64,000 nucleotides of DNA from Hyphomicrobiales bacterium (GTDB lineage: Bacteria; Pseudomonadota; Alphaproteobacteria; Rhizobiales; Beijerinckiaceae). The notes below the pieces were generated by a model. That model saw only the letters and a list, made by a program, of their open reading frames with translations. It was not told where the DNA came from and made no database searches. The stretch lies in the NCBI GenBank assembly GCA_043784465.1, contig JAYVYJ010000002.1, positions 17,062 through 81,061 of the forward strand, given 5' to 3'. Shown in pieces: positions 56,496 to 64,000 of this stretch. The position numbers were made by a program, and so were the translations under genes. Positions within the stretch are counted from its first letter, which is position 1; each line of letters opens with the position of its first letter.

Positions 56496-58003
56496 ACGAG
56501 ACGGCGGGACGCCCCCGGGCCGAGAAGCCTCTGTTTGAAGGCGCGGAATGGGATTTCGCGCTGATGCAAACGGTCTATGAGGCGGTGCAGGACGTCGCGC
56601 TCAACGACCTCGGCCTCGACGTTTTCCCCAACCAGATCGAGGTCATCTCCGCCGAACAGATGCTCGACGCTTATTCGTCCGTCGGCATGCCGCTGATGTA
56701 TTCGCACTGGTCTTTTGGCAAACGTTTCGTGCGCGACGAGATGCTCTATCGCAAGGGCTATCAGGCGCTGGCCTATGAAATCGTCATCAACTCGAACCCC
56801 TGCATCAGCTATTATATGGAAGAGAACTCCATGGCGATGCAGACGCTGGTGCTGGCGCATGCGGCGTTCGGGCACAATCATTTCTTCAAGAACAATTACA
56901 TGTTCCAGCAATGGACGGACCCCAACGGGATTCTGGACTATCTGGAATTCGCCAAGCGCTATGTCGCGGAGTGCGAGGAGAAGCACGGGCAAGAGGCGGT
57001 CGAGTCGATCCTCGACGCGGCGCATGCGTTGCAGAACCAGAGCGTGTTTCGCTATCGCCGTGCGAGCAAGATGAAGCTGTCCGACTACGAGAAACGGCGG
57101 CGAGAACGGCAGGCGGACGCGGACGCTTCGTTCAATGACATCTGGCGCACCGTTCCAAGCTTCGGCAAGGCGAAGCCGCCGACTTCGGCCGAACTCGAAG
57201 CCGCCGAGCGCAAGCTGCGGCATCGGCTGCCGGAAGAAAATCTGCTGTATTTTTTAGAGAAGAACAGTCCGATCCTGCATCCCTGGCAGCGGGAGTTGCT
57301 GCGCATCGTGCGCAATACGTCGCAATATTTTTACCCGCAGCGGCAGACCAAGCTGATGAACGAAGGCTGCGCTACGTTCATCCATTATTACATCGTCAAC
57401 GCGCTTTATGACCGGGGGCTGATCTCCGAAGGCGCGCTGCTGGAAATCCTGCATAGCCACAGCAACGTGGTTTATCAGACCGAGTTCGACCACCCGCAAC
57501 ACAGCGGCATCAATCCTTACGCGCTTGGCTTTGCGATGATGGAGGACATCAAGCGCATCTGCCTCGCGCCGACGGAAGAGGACCGCGCCTGGTTCCCCGA
57601 CATTGCAGGATGTCAGAACTGGCGCGCCGCGCTTAAGGAGATCTGGGCGACCTATCGCGACGAGTCGTTCGTCCGTCAGTATTTGAGCCCGCATCTGATC
57701 CGCAAGTTCAAGTTCTTCGTGCTGACCGACAGGGCGTCGGAATCCGAATACGGCATCGGCGCCATCCATGACGACGAGGGCTATCGGCGCGTGCGCAATG
57801 CGCTGGCCGACACTTATGACGTCGCTGCGCGCGACCCCGACATTCAGGTGATCGACGTCGACCTGCTGGGCGACCGCAAGCTGGTGATGCGTCACAAGCG
57901 CCGCAACAGCGTGCCGCTGGCCGAGGGCGACCGCGACAAGGTGATGCGACACGTCAAACGCCTGTGGGGCTATGACGCGGTCATGCACGAGGAAGACGCC
58001 TGA
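56492..58003 (+). CDS. spoVR: SpoVR/YcgB family protein
   Basis: PNQIEVISAEQMLDAYSSVGMP.MY.HWSFGK, LAYEIVINSNPCISY, HAAFGHNHFFKNNY, YFYPQRQTKLMNEG.A and GINPYALGF. Confidence 0.96.
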   Translation: MNETAGRPRAEKPLFEGAEWDFALMQTVYEAVQDVALNDLGLDVFPNQIEVISAEQMLDAYSSVGMPLMYSHWSFGKRFVRDEMLYRKGYQALAYEIVINSNPCISYYMEENSMAMQTLVLAHAAFGHNHFFKNNYMFQQWTDPNGILDYLEFAKRYVAECEEKHGQEAVESILDAAHALQNQSVFRYRRASKMKLSDYEKRRRERQADADASFNDIWRTVPSFGKAKPPTSAELEAAERKLRHRLPEENLLYFLEKNSPILHPWQRELLRIVRNTSQYFYPQRQTKLMNEGCATFIHYYIVNALYDRGLISEGALLEILHSHSNVVYQTEFDHPQHSGINPYALGFAMMEDIKRICLAPTEEDRAWFPDIAGCQNWRAALKEIWATYRDESFVRQYLSPHLIRKFKFFVLTDRASESEYGIGAIHDDEGYRRVRNALADTYDVAARDPDIQVIDVDLLGDRKLVMRHKRRNSVPLAEGDRDKVMRHVKRLWGYDAVMHEEDA

Positions 58004-58699
58004 TTGCCGCTCGATCTGATCTGTCTCGACGCGGATGACACGCTGTGGGACCACGAAAGCTATTTTCAGGACTCGGCGCGGCGTTATCACGCGCTGCTGA
58101 CAGCGTTCATCGACCCCGCACGGAGCGAGGCGCGATTGATCGAAGCGGAAGGGCGCAACCTTCATGTCTATGGCTACGGGGTGAAGGGCTTCACGCTGTC
58201 GATGCTGGAGACGGCGCTGGAGATTGGCGGCGACGCGCTGCCCGCAGCGACGGTGAGGGAAATTCTCGCGCTCGGGCGCGAACTGATGCGCCATCCCATT
58301 TCGCCGCTGCCCGGCGTCGCCGACACCCTGCCTGAACTGAAGCGAAGGGCGCGACTGGTGCTGGTCACCAAGGGCGATCTGTTTCATCAGGAGTCGAAGC
58401 TCGCCGCCTCAGGGTTGGGCGAACATTTCGAAGGCGTGGAGATCGTCAGCGAGAAGACCCCCCAGGTTTACGCGCGGATTTTCGCGCGTTACGGAGCAGG
58501 GCCTCAACGCGCCCTGATGGTCGGCAATTCGCTGCGGTCGGACATACTGCCGGCGCTGGAGGCCGGCGCCTACGCCGTGCATATTCCGAACGAATTCGAG
58601 TGGTCGCACGAACGGGCCACGGCGCCGGTGGGCGAACGGCGGTTCACCGCCCTTCGCGCCTTCGCGGACTTGCCGGGCTGGCTCGATCGGCTTGGCTAA
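58004..58699 (+). CDS. HAD family hydrolase
   Basis: LDADDTLW, GYGVKGFTLSMLETA, LVTKGDLFHQE.K, IVSEK and MVGNSLRSDILP. Its TTG start abuts the spoVR stop. Confidence 0.9.
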   Translation: MPLDLICLDADDTLWDHESYFQDSARRYHALLTAFIDPARSEARLIEAEGRNLHVYGYGVKGFTLSMLETALEIGGDALPAATVREILALGRELMRHPISPLPGVADTLPELKRRARLVLVTKGDLFHQESKLAASGLGEHFEGVEIVSEKTPQVYARIFARYGAGPQRALMVGNSLRSDILPALEAGAYAVHIPNEFEWSHERATAPVGERRFTALRAFADLPGWLDRLG

Positions 58700-58711
58700 C
58701 GACACGGCGCT

Positions 58712-59407
58712 TTACAGCACCTTGCGCAGCGAAGCCTCGATCCGCCCGCCGCAATAGGCGTCGCCATAATCGGCCCGCGCCTTCGCGGCGAGTTGGGCGA
58801 GCGCGGGGAGGGCGGCGACGCGCTGCGTCAGCGCGGCGGTCATCGGCGCGTGCTCTTCGAGTTGCTCCTTGAGCGTCGGGAAGCGGTCGGCGATCGTCCC
58901 CCAGAGGATCGCCGTCATGACATCCGCGACGCCAGGTTCCGCTTCGCCCAGCATCGTCCCCGCCTTGCGGGTTAAACCGTGGCGGCGGCCGATCTCCTCG
59001 CCGAACGTCATCCAGGCGCTGAGGCGCGGGACAAAACCCTCCCAGCGAGGAGGCGTCCACATCAGGCGGCCGCCGTCGAGGGTGAGGTCGTCGATGACGT
59101 CGTTGGCGTCCATCACGATCTTGAGGGTCAAAGCGCGCAGTTTGGGGTCTTCGGGCAATAATTTCAGGGTGTCGCCGAGATAGAGCACAATCGCGGGCAT
59201 CTGCGAGATCGCGAACCCGGTCTTGTTGTCGACAAGCAGAGGCGGACCCATGAAGGGAACTGGCATCTGGCGCAACGGCCCGTCCATCATTTTCGAGATC
59301 TCCTCGCCGTCGTGCTCGCTCCAGGTTTTGCCCGCAAAGGCGAGGAGGGCGCGCACGAACTGGCCGCGAAACGGGATCGGCCAGTAGTAGAGTTCGTAAT
59401 CTGACAT
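58712..59407 (-). CDS. Glutathione S-transferase family protein
   Basis: LYYWPIPFRGQFVR, PFMGPP.L, ISQMPAI..YLG and a helical C-terminal domain with AD. Confidence 0.88.
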   Translation of the reverse strand: MSDYELYYWPIPFRGQFVRALLAFAGKTWSEHDGEEISKMMDGPLRQMPVPFMGPPLLVDNKTGFAISQMPAIVLYLGDTLKLLPEDPKLRALTLKIVMDANDVIDDLTLDGGRLMWTPPRWEGFVPRLSAWMTFGEEIGRRHGLTRKAGTMLGEAEPGVADVMTAILWGTIADRFPTLKEQLEEHAPMTAALTQRVAALPALAQLAAKARADYGDAYCGGRIEASLRKVL

Positions 59408-59484
59408 GCGGTGGCGCTCCGGCGAAAAACTCGCGGTATCACAAGAACGCCCCGGTTTCGCGTATGTTCGGATGTGGCGTCAAC

Positions 59485-59513
59485 TTGACACGCGGCCGGG
59501 GCACCTCTAACGG
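59485..59513 (+). promoter_or_regulatory. Sigma70 promoter of the ffh operon
   Basis: TTGACA-N17-TAACGG, about 140 nt before the ffh ATG. Confidence 0.65.
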
Positions 59514-59519
59514 GAACAC

Positions 59520-59651
59520 TTATTCGAATGGCTAAGGGTCACACGAACCGCCTGATCTTGTCTGACAAGATCGGCCCCGTCCGGCAGCGCGTTTGCGCCC
59601 CCGGGCGCGATGCGTGTTGGCGTGGCTTCATCGAACCTGTGGAGCGAACGC
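59520..59651 (+). ncRNA. Structured ffh 5' leader (candidate alphaproteobacterial ffh RNA motif)
   Basis: Perfect dyad GATCTTGTC-T-GACAAGATC (59554-59572) and a GCGCCC..GGGCGC hairpin. A structured ffh leader motif is known from alphaproteobacteria; the match was not tested with a covariance model. Confidence 0.5.
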
Positions 59652-61187
59652 ATGTTCGAGAGCCTTTCCGACAAGCTCTCCGGCATATTGGACAAGCTGA
59701 CCGGACGCGGCCACCTCTCGGAGGAGGACGTGAACGCCGCCATGCGCGAAGTGCGCCGCGCGCTGCTGGAGGCCGACGTCGCGCTCGACGTGGTGCGCTC
59801 GTTCATCGACCGCACGCGCGCCAAGGCCATCGGCGCCGCGGTGATGAAGTCGATCAAGCCCGGCCAGATGGTCGTCAAGATCGTCCACGATTCGCTGGTG
59901 GAGACGCTGGGCGAAGAAAGCCAGACCATAGACCTCAATGCACCCGCGCCTGTCGCCGTGATGCTGGTCGGCTTGCAGGGCGCGGGCAAAACCACCACGG
60001 CGGCAAAGATCGCCAAGCGGCTGACCGAGCGCAACAAGCGCCGGGTGCTGATGGCTTCGCTCGACGTCAAGCGCCCCGCCGCGCAGGAGCAGTTGCGGGT
60101 GCTGGGCGTGCAGGTTGGCGTCGACACGCTGCCCATCGTGCCGGGGCAGACCCCGGTCGAGATCGCGAAACGCGCGGAGAGCGTCGCTCGCTTGCAGGGC
60201 TACGACGTGGTGATCCTCGATACGGCGGGGCGCACGCATATCGACGAACTGCTGATGGACGAGATGGCGGAGATTCGCGACGCCACGCGCCCGCATGAAA
60301 TCCTGCTGGTCGCCGACGCGCTGACGGGGCAGGACGCGGTCAACCTCGCCAAGAGCTTCAACGAGCGCGTCGGCGTCACCGGCATCGTGCTGACGCGCGC
60401 GGACGGCGACGGGCGCGGCGGCGCGGCGCTCTCCATGCGCGCGGTGACGGGCAAGCCCATCAAGCTGCTGGGCGTCGGCGAGAAGATGGACGCGCTGGAG
60501 GATTTCCATCCCCGGCGGCTGGCGGACCGCATCCTCGGCATGGGCGACATCGTCAGCCTCGTCGAAAAGGCGGCCGAGCAGATCGACATGGATCAGGCGG
60601 CCAGGATGGCCGAAAAGATGCGCAAGGGCGTCTTTGATCTCGACGATCTCGCGGGCCAGTTCGCCCAGATCGAGAAAATGGGCGGCATGGGCGGCATCAT
60701 GGGCATGTTGCCCGGCGTCGCCAAAATGAAGGACCAGATCGCCAATTCCGGCTTCGACGACAAGTCGCTGAAACGCCAGCGCGCAATCATCTCCTCGATG
60801 ACCCCGAGGGAACGGCGCAACCCGCATCTGTTGAACGACGACGCGCGCAAGGCGAGCCGCAAGAAACGCATCGCGGCGGGGGCGGGCGTGCAGGTGGACG
60901 CCGTCAACCGGTTGCTCAAACAGCACCGCCAGATGGCCGACATGATGAAGATGATGGGCGGTAAAGGCGGCAAGGGCATGATGGGCAAGATGGCGTCCAT
61001 GATGGGCCTGCCCGGAGGCGGGGCCATGCCCAAGCCGGAAGAGATCGCCGCTCTGCAGAAGCAGATGGGACAGGGCGCCGCGCCGCCGCCAGGGCTCAAT
61101 CTGCCTCAGAGTTTTCCCGGCGGCGGGCTGCCGAAATTGCCGGGCCTTGGCGGCGGTTTCAATCCCTTCGGGGCGAAGAAGAAGTGA
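59652..61187 (+). CDS. ffh: Signal recognition particle protein
   Basis: MFESLSDKLS, EVRRALLEADV, GLQGAGKTT, DTAGR, DALTGQDA, DGDGRGGAALS, RILGMGD, SMTP.ER and SRKKRIA.G.G. Confidence 0.98.
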   Translation: MFESLSDKLSGILDKLTGRGHLSEEDVNAAMREVRRALLEADVALDVVRSFIDRTRAKAIGAAVMKSIKPGQMVVKIVHDSLVETLGEESQTIDLNAPAPVAVMLVGLQGAGKTTTAAKIAKRLTERNKRRVLMASLDVKRPAAQEQLRVLGVQVGVDTLPIVPGQTPVEIAKRAESVARLQGYDVVILDTAGRTHIDELLMDEMAEIRDATRPHEILLVADALTGQDAVNLAKSFNERVGVTGIVLTRADGDGRGGAALSMRAVTGKPIKLLGVGEKMDALEDFHPRRLADRILGMGDIVSLVEKAAEQIDMDQAARMAEKMRKGVFDLDDLAGQFAQIEKMGGMGGIMGMLPGVAKMKDQIANSGFDDKSLKRQRAIISSMTPRERRNPHLLNDDARKASRKKRIAAGAGVQVDAVNRLLKQHRQMADMMKMMGGKGGKGMMGKMASMMGLPGGGAMPKPEEIAALQKQMGQGAAPPPGLNLPQSFPGGGLPKLPGLGGGFNPFGAKKK

Positions 61188-61717
61188 TCCCGGTTCTTGA
61201 AACAGAGAGATTGCGTCTGCGCGAATGGCGCGCGACGGACTTCGAGCCTTACGCCGCTGTCTATGGCGACGCGCAAACGATGCGCCATATCGGCGGAGTT
61301 TGCGACCGTGAGACGGCCTGGACGCATCTGGCGGCCACCGTCGGGCATTGGGCGTTGCGCGGCTGTGGCCTCTGGGCGCTTGAGATCAAGAACGCTCCGG
61401 GCCTGATCGGCTGGGCGGGGCTTTGGAATCCGGAAGGATGGCCGGAGCCGGAGATCGGCTGGGCGCTTGACCCCGCCGCGCGCGGCAAAGGGCTGGCGAC
61501 GGAAGCGGCGCTGCGGGCGCGCGCGTGGGCCTATGAGGTCGCGGGCTGGACGACGGCGGTGAGCCTGATCGCCATGCCCAATCAAGCTTCGATCGCGGTC
61601 GCTGAGCGCCTTGGCGCGCGGATGGAGCGAACGATGATGTTTCGTGAAGTCGAAACCGGAATTTTCCGCCATCCGGACAAGAGCGGAAAGCTAACGTTCA
61701 AACGCGATTTCTCCTGA
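61184..61717 (+). CDS. GNAT (RimJ/RimL-like) N-acetyltransferase
   Basis: [31 protein letters not shown] and [11 protein letters not shown]. Confidence 0.88.
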   Translation: MIPVLETERLRLREWRATDFEPYAAVYGDAQTMRHIGGVCDRETAWTHLAATVGHWALRGCGLWALEIKNAPGLIGWAGLWNPEGWPEPEIGWALDPAARGKGLATEAALRARAWAYEVAGWTTAVSLIAMPNQASIAVAERLGARMERTMMFREVETGIFRHPDKSGKLTFKRDFS

Positions 61718-61728
61718 AAGGTAACCCA

Positions 61729-62082
61729 ATGTCCCTCAAGATTCGCCTGTCTCGCGGCGGCGCCAAGAAGCGCCCGTTCTACCGCATCGTGATCGCCGAC
61801 GCCCGCATGCCGCGCGACGGCCGCTTCGTCGAAAAGATCGGCACGTTCGACCCGATGAAGGCCAAGGACGACGCGACCCGCCTCGTGCTCGACGTCGAGA
61901 AGGCCAAGGATTGGCTGTCCAAGGGCGCTCAGCCGACCGACCGCGTGCTGCGTCTGCTCGACAGCCTCGGCGCCGCCAAGCGCGAGCCGCAAAACAACCC
62001 TGAGAAAGCCAAGCCCAAGAAGAAAGCGCAGGAGCGCGCCGCCGAGGCCGCCAAGCTCGCCGCCGCCGCCGCGGCTGCGTAA
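61729..62082 (+). CDS. rpsP: 30S ribosomal protein S16
   Basis: [42 protein letters not shown]...[12 protein letters not shown]. Confidence 0.98.
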   Translation: MSLKIRLSRGGAKKRPFYRIVIADARMPRDGRFVEKIGTFDPMKAKDDATRLVLDVEKAKDWLSKGAQPTDRVLRLLDSLGAAKREPQNNPEKAKPKKKAQERAAEAAKLAAAAAAA

Positions 62083-62085
62083 GCC

Positions 62086-62619
62086 TTGGGAGCGGATCGT
62101 CTCATCGCCCTGGGCGTGTTCGGCGCGCCCCAGGGGGTGCGGGGCGAAATCCGCATCAAGTCCTACACCGCCGCGCCGTCCGACATAGGCGGCTACGGGC
62201 CGCTGACCGATGCAGGCGGAGTACGGCGTTTTCCGGTGAAGATCGTGCGGGAACTGCGCGACGACATGCTGGTCGCTCGCGTTGAGGGCGTGGCGACGCG
62301 GGACGCGGCGGCGGCGCTGACGGGCGTGGAGATTTTCGCGCGCCGCTCGCAATTGCCGCCGCCCGACGCGGACGAGTTTTACTACGATGATCTTATCGGG
62401 CTGGAGGCGGTGTCGGCCTCCGGGGAGCCGGTGGGGCGCGTGGCGGCGGTGTTCAACCACGGCGCGGGCGACATTCTGGAGATCGCGCCCACGGGCGGCG
62501 GGACGACGTTGCTGCTGGCGTTCACCCGCGCGGCGGCGCCGGAAATCGATTTCGGGAGCGGGCGGATCGTGGTGATCCCGCCGGCCGAGATCGAAGCGCG
62601 GCCGGAGGAAGCCCCATGA
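62086..62619 (+). CDS. rimM: Ribosome maturation factor RimM
   Basis: GAPQGVRGE.RI.SYT, GVATRDAA.AL, EFYYDDLIGL, NHGAGDILEI and F..A.PEID. Confidence 0.94.
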   Translation: MGADRLIALGVFGAPQGVRGEIRIKSYTAAPSDIGGYGPLTDAGGVRRFPVKIVRELRDDMLVARVEGVATRDAAAALTGVEIFARRSQLPPPDADEFYYDDLIGLEAVSASGEPVGRVAAVFNHGAGDILEIAPTGGGTTLLLAFTRAAAPEIDFGSGRIVVIPPAEIEARPEEAP

Positions 62620-63482
62620 CCCAACCCGCGTTCATCGGCGTCGACTGGGGCACCACCTCGTTTCGGGCTTTCCTCGCCGATTCCGATGGCCGCGCGTTAG
62701 AGACGCTGCCCGACGGGCGCGGCGCGCTGTCGCTGGCGGCGGGAGAACACGAGGGCTATCTGGGCGAGCGGCTGGCGGGCTGGCCGCGCCTGGCCGTTTA
62801 CGCGTGCGGCATGGTCGGCGCGAAACAGGGCTGGCGCGAGGCGCCCTATGTCGCCTGCCCGGCGGGACGGGCCGAGATCGCGGCGGCCTGCGTGACGATT
62901 TCGACGAGCTTCGGCGACGTGCGGATCGCGCCTGGAGTGCGCGGGATCGACGCTTCCGGGGCGCCGGACGTCATGCGCGGCGAGGAGACGCAACTGCTCG
63001 GGGCGGGCGCGGACGGCGTTTATGTCCTGCCGGGAACGCACGCGAAATGGGCGCGGGTCGAGGGCGGGCGCATCGTCGGCTTCGAGACGTTCATGACGGG
63101 CGAGGTCTTTGCCATTCTGAAAACGCACAGCGTGCTGGGGCGCATGATGGCGCCGGAGCGACCGGGCGAAGGTTTTGCGCTCGGGGTCGATTCGGCGCGC
63201 GGGCTGGCGCGGCCGGGCGATCTACTGCACGCGATCTTCGCGGCGCGCACGTTCGGCCTGTTCGACACGCTGCCGCCGGATCAGTTGGGCGAATATCTGT
63301 CGGGGCTGCTGATCGGCGCCGAGATTCTGGCGGGCGCGCGAGGGGCGACGCGGGCCGTGGCGCTGGGGTCGGCGGGGTTATGCGCGCGATACGCCGAGGC
63401 CGGGGGGAGGCTGGGGGTGGAGATCGTGGCGGGGCCGGAAGATGCGGCGCTGCGGGGGTTGGCGGCGTTGCGGCGGGGGTGA
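62616..63482 (+). CDS. dgoK: 2-dehydro-3-deoxygalactonokinase
   Basis: GVDWGTTSFRA, GMVGAKQGW.EAPY..CP, DVMRGEETQ, LPGTHAKW, FMTGE and YLSGLLIG.E. Confidence 0.92.
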   Translation: MTQPAFIGVDWGTTSFRAFLADSDGRALETLPDGRGALSLAAGEHEGYLGERLAGWPRLAVYACGMVGAKQGWREAPYVACPAGRAEIAAACVTISTSFGDVRIAPGVRGIDASGAPDVMRGEETQLLGAGADGVYVLPGTHAKWARVEGGRIVGFETFMTGEVFAILKTHSVLGRMMAPERPGEGFALGVDSARGLARPGDLLHAIFAARTFGLFDTLPPDQLGEYLSGLLIGAEILAGARGATRAVALGSAGLCARYAEAGGRLGVEIVAGPEDAALRGLAALRRG

Positions 63483-63620
63483 CTCCTTCGACTCTACCTC
63501 CTATCAAGCGTGTTTGGAATCGAACGAAGTTCGTCGAAATTTCTACACGCTGACTTACTTGGTAACCCCAGAATGAAAAAGCGATATTATATCGCCAAGG
63601 GATGACTGTCCCATACCTAT

Positions 63621-64000
63621 CTACATCCCTTCCTTCACCGCCTTCAGCACCCGAAACCGCATCTCGTCATCGTCCACGCCAGCGAACACGAAGCGCACCC
63701 GCCCATGCGCCTTGGTGTCGGCGAACCCCGCAAGCGTGCGGACGCCGCTCATCGTCCCGGTCTTGTTGAGCCCGCCGTCGTGCCCGCGCAGCAGGTCGGC
63801 GTGGGCGGAGAACAGGTCCAGCACCTTCGCCAGCCCGCGCGCCGTGAAACGGCCGTCGCGGCTGATCCCCGAACCTTCCTCCATATGGATGGCTCCTTTG
63901 AGGCCCTGCGCCTCAAGCGCCGCGTCGGCGACTTGCAGGGATTTGGCTAAACTCACCGGGCCGCCGAGCTTGGCGCCGCCGATCTCCAGAAAAATCTGGT
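63621..64000 (-). CDS. D-Ala-D-Ala carboxypeptidase/endopeptidase (DacB, S13 family), 3' fragment
   Basis: The frame stays open to the window edge: QIFLEIGG..., EGSGISRD and NKTGTMSGVRTLAGF (KTG motif). Confidence 0.8.
   Translation of the reverse strand, partial: QIFLEIGGAKLGGPVSLAKSLQVADAALEAQGLKGAIHMEEGSGISRDGRFTARGLAKVLDLFSAHADLLRGHDGGLNKTGTMSGVRTLAGFADTKAHGRVRFVFAGVDDDEMRFRVLKAVKEGM

Noticed and set aside
1-64000. CRISPR arrays, rRNA, tRNA, IS transposases, prophage
   Set aside because: No regularly spaced repeat-spacer series, cloverleaf, rRNA-like tract or transposase motif was seen on reading.

Overview
A GC-rich alphaproteobacterial (Hyphomicrobiales-like) chromosomal segment made mostly of core and metabolic genes. 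Left to right: the 5' part of an FkbH-type HAD-IIIC gene; a sugar-acid cluster (XylX-like FAH dehydratase, GntR, UxaA-family dehydratase, HAD phosphatase); mrp/apbC plus DUF971; an Fsr-like MFS transporter; infC with an AUU start; an AbrB-family membrane protein and a PLP aminotransferase; mscL; a PAS-GAF-PHY-HWE-REC bacteriophytochrome; rph; a thioesterase; a PhlG-like hydrolase divergent from a YafY/WYL regulator; Sel1, SDR, small secreted and GT4 genes; a four-gene c-di-GMP operon with two paralogous membrane kinases; ypfJ; a 3-hydroxyacyl-CoA dehydrogenase-like gene; a small ORF-xerD-SPFH unit; lysR and mmsA separated by a decayed toxin-antitoxin pair; regBA; a sigma54-type promoter and urtABCDE; a GGDEF gene; xdhC; a ferredoxin reductase coupled to murJ; a helicase-tail-only gene; fdxA; a long carD; a ClC gene; prkA-yeaH-spoVR-HAD; GST; ffh-GNAT-rpsP-rimM-dgoK; and the 3' end of a DacB-like gene. 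I found no rRNA, tRNA, CRISPR array, prophage or intact IS. The most intriguing items are the twin-kinase c-di-GMP operon whose membrane domains carry RegB-like GGxxSP motifs, the helicase-less helicase tail, a duplication-born 7-codon uORF coupled to fdxA, an orphan PhlG-like hydrolase, and a palindromic repeat that may sit in frame in the urtB 5' end. All family assignments come from recalled motifs; no database search was run.
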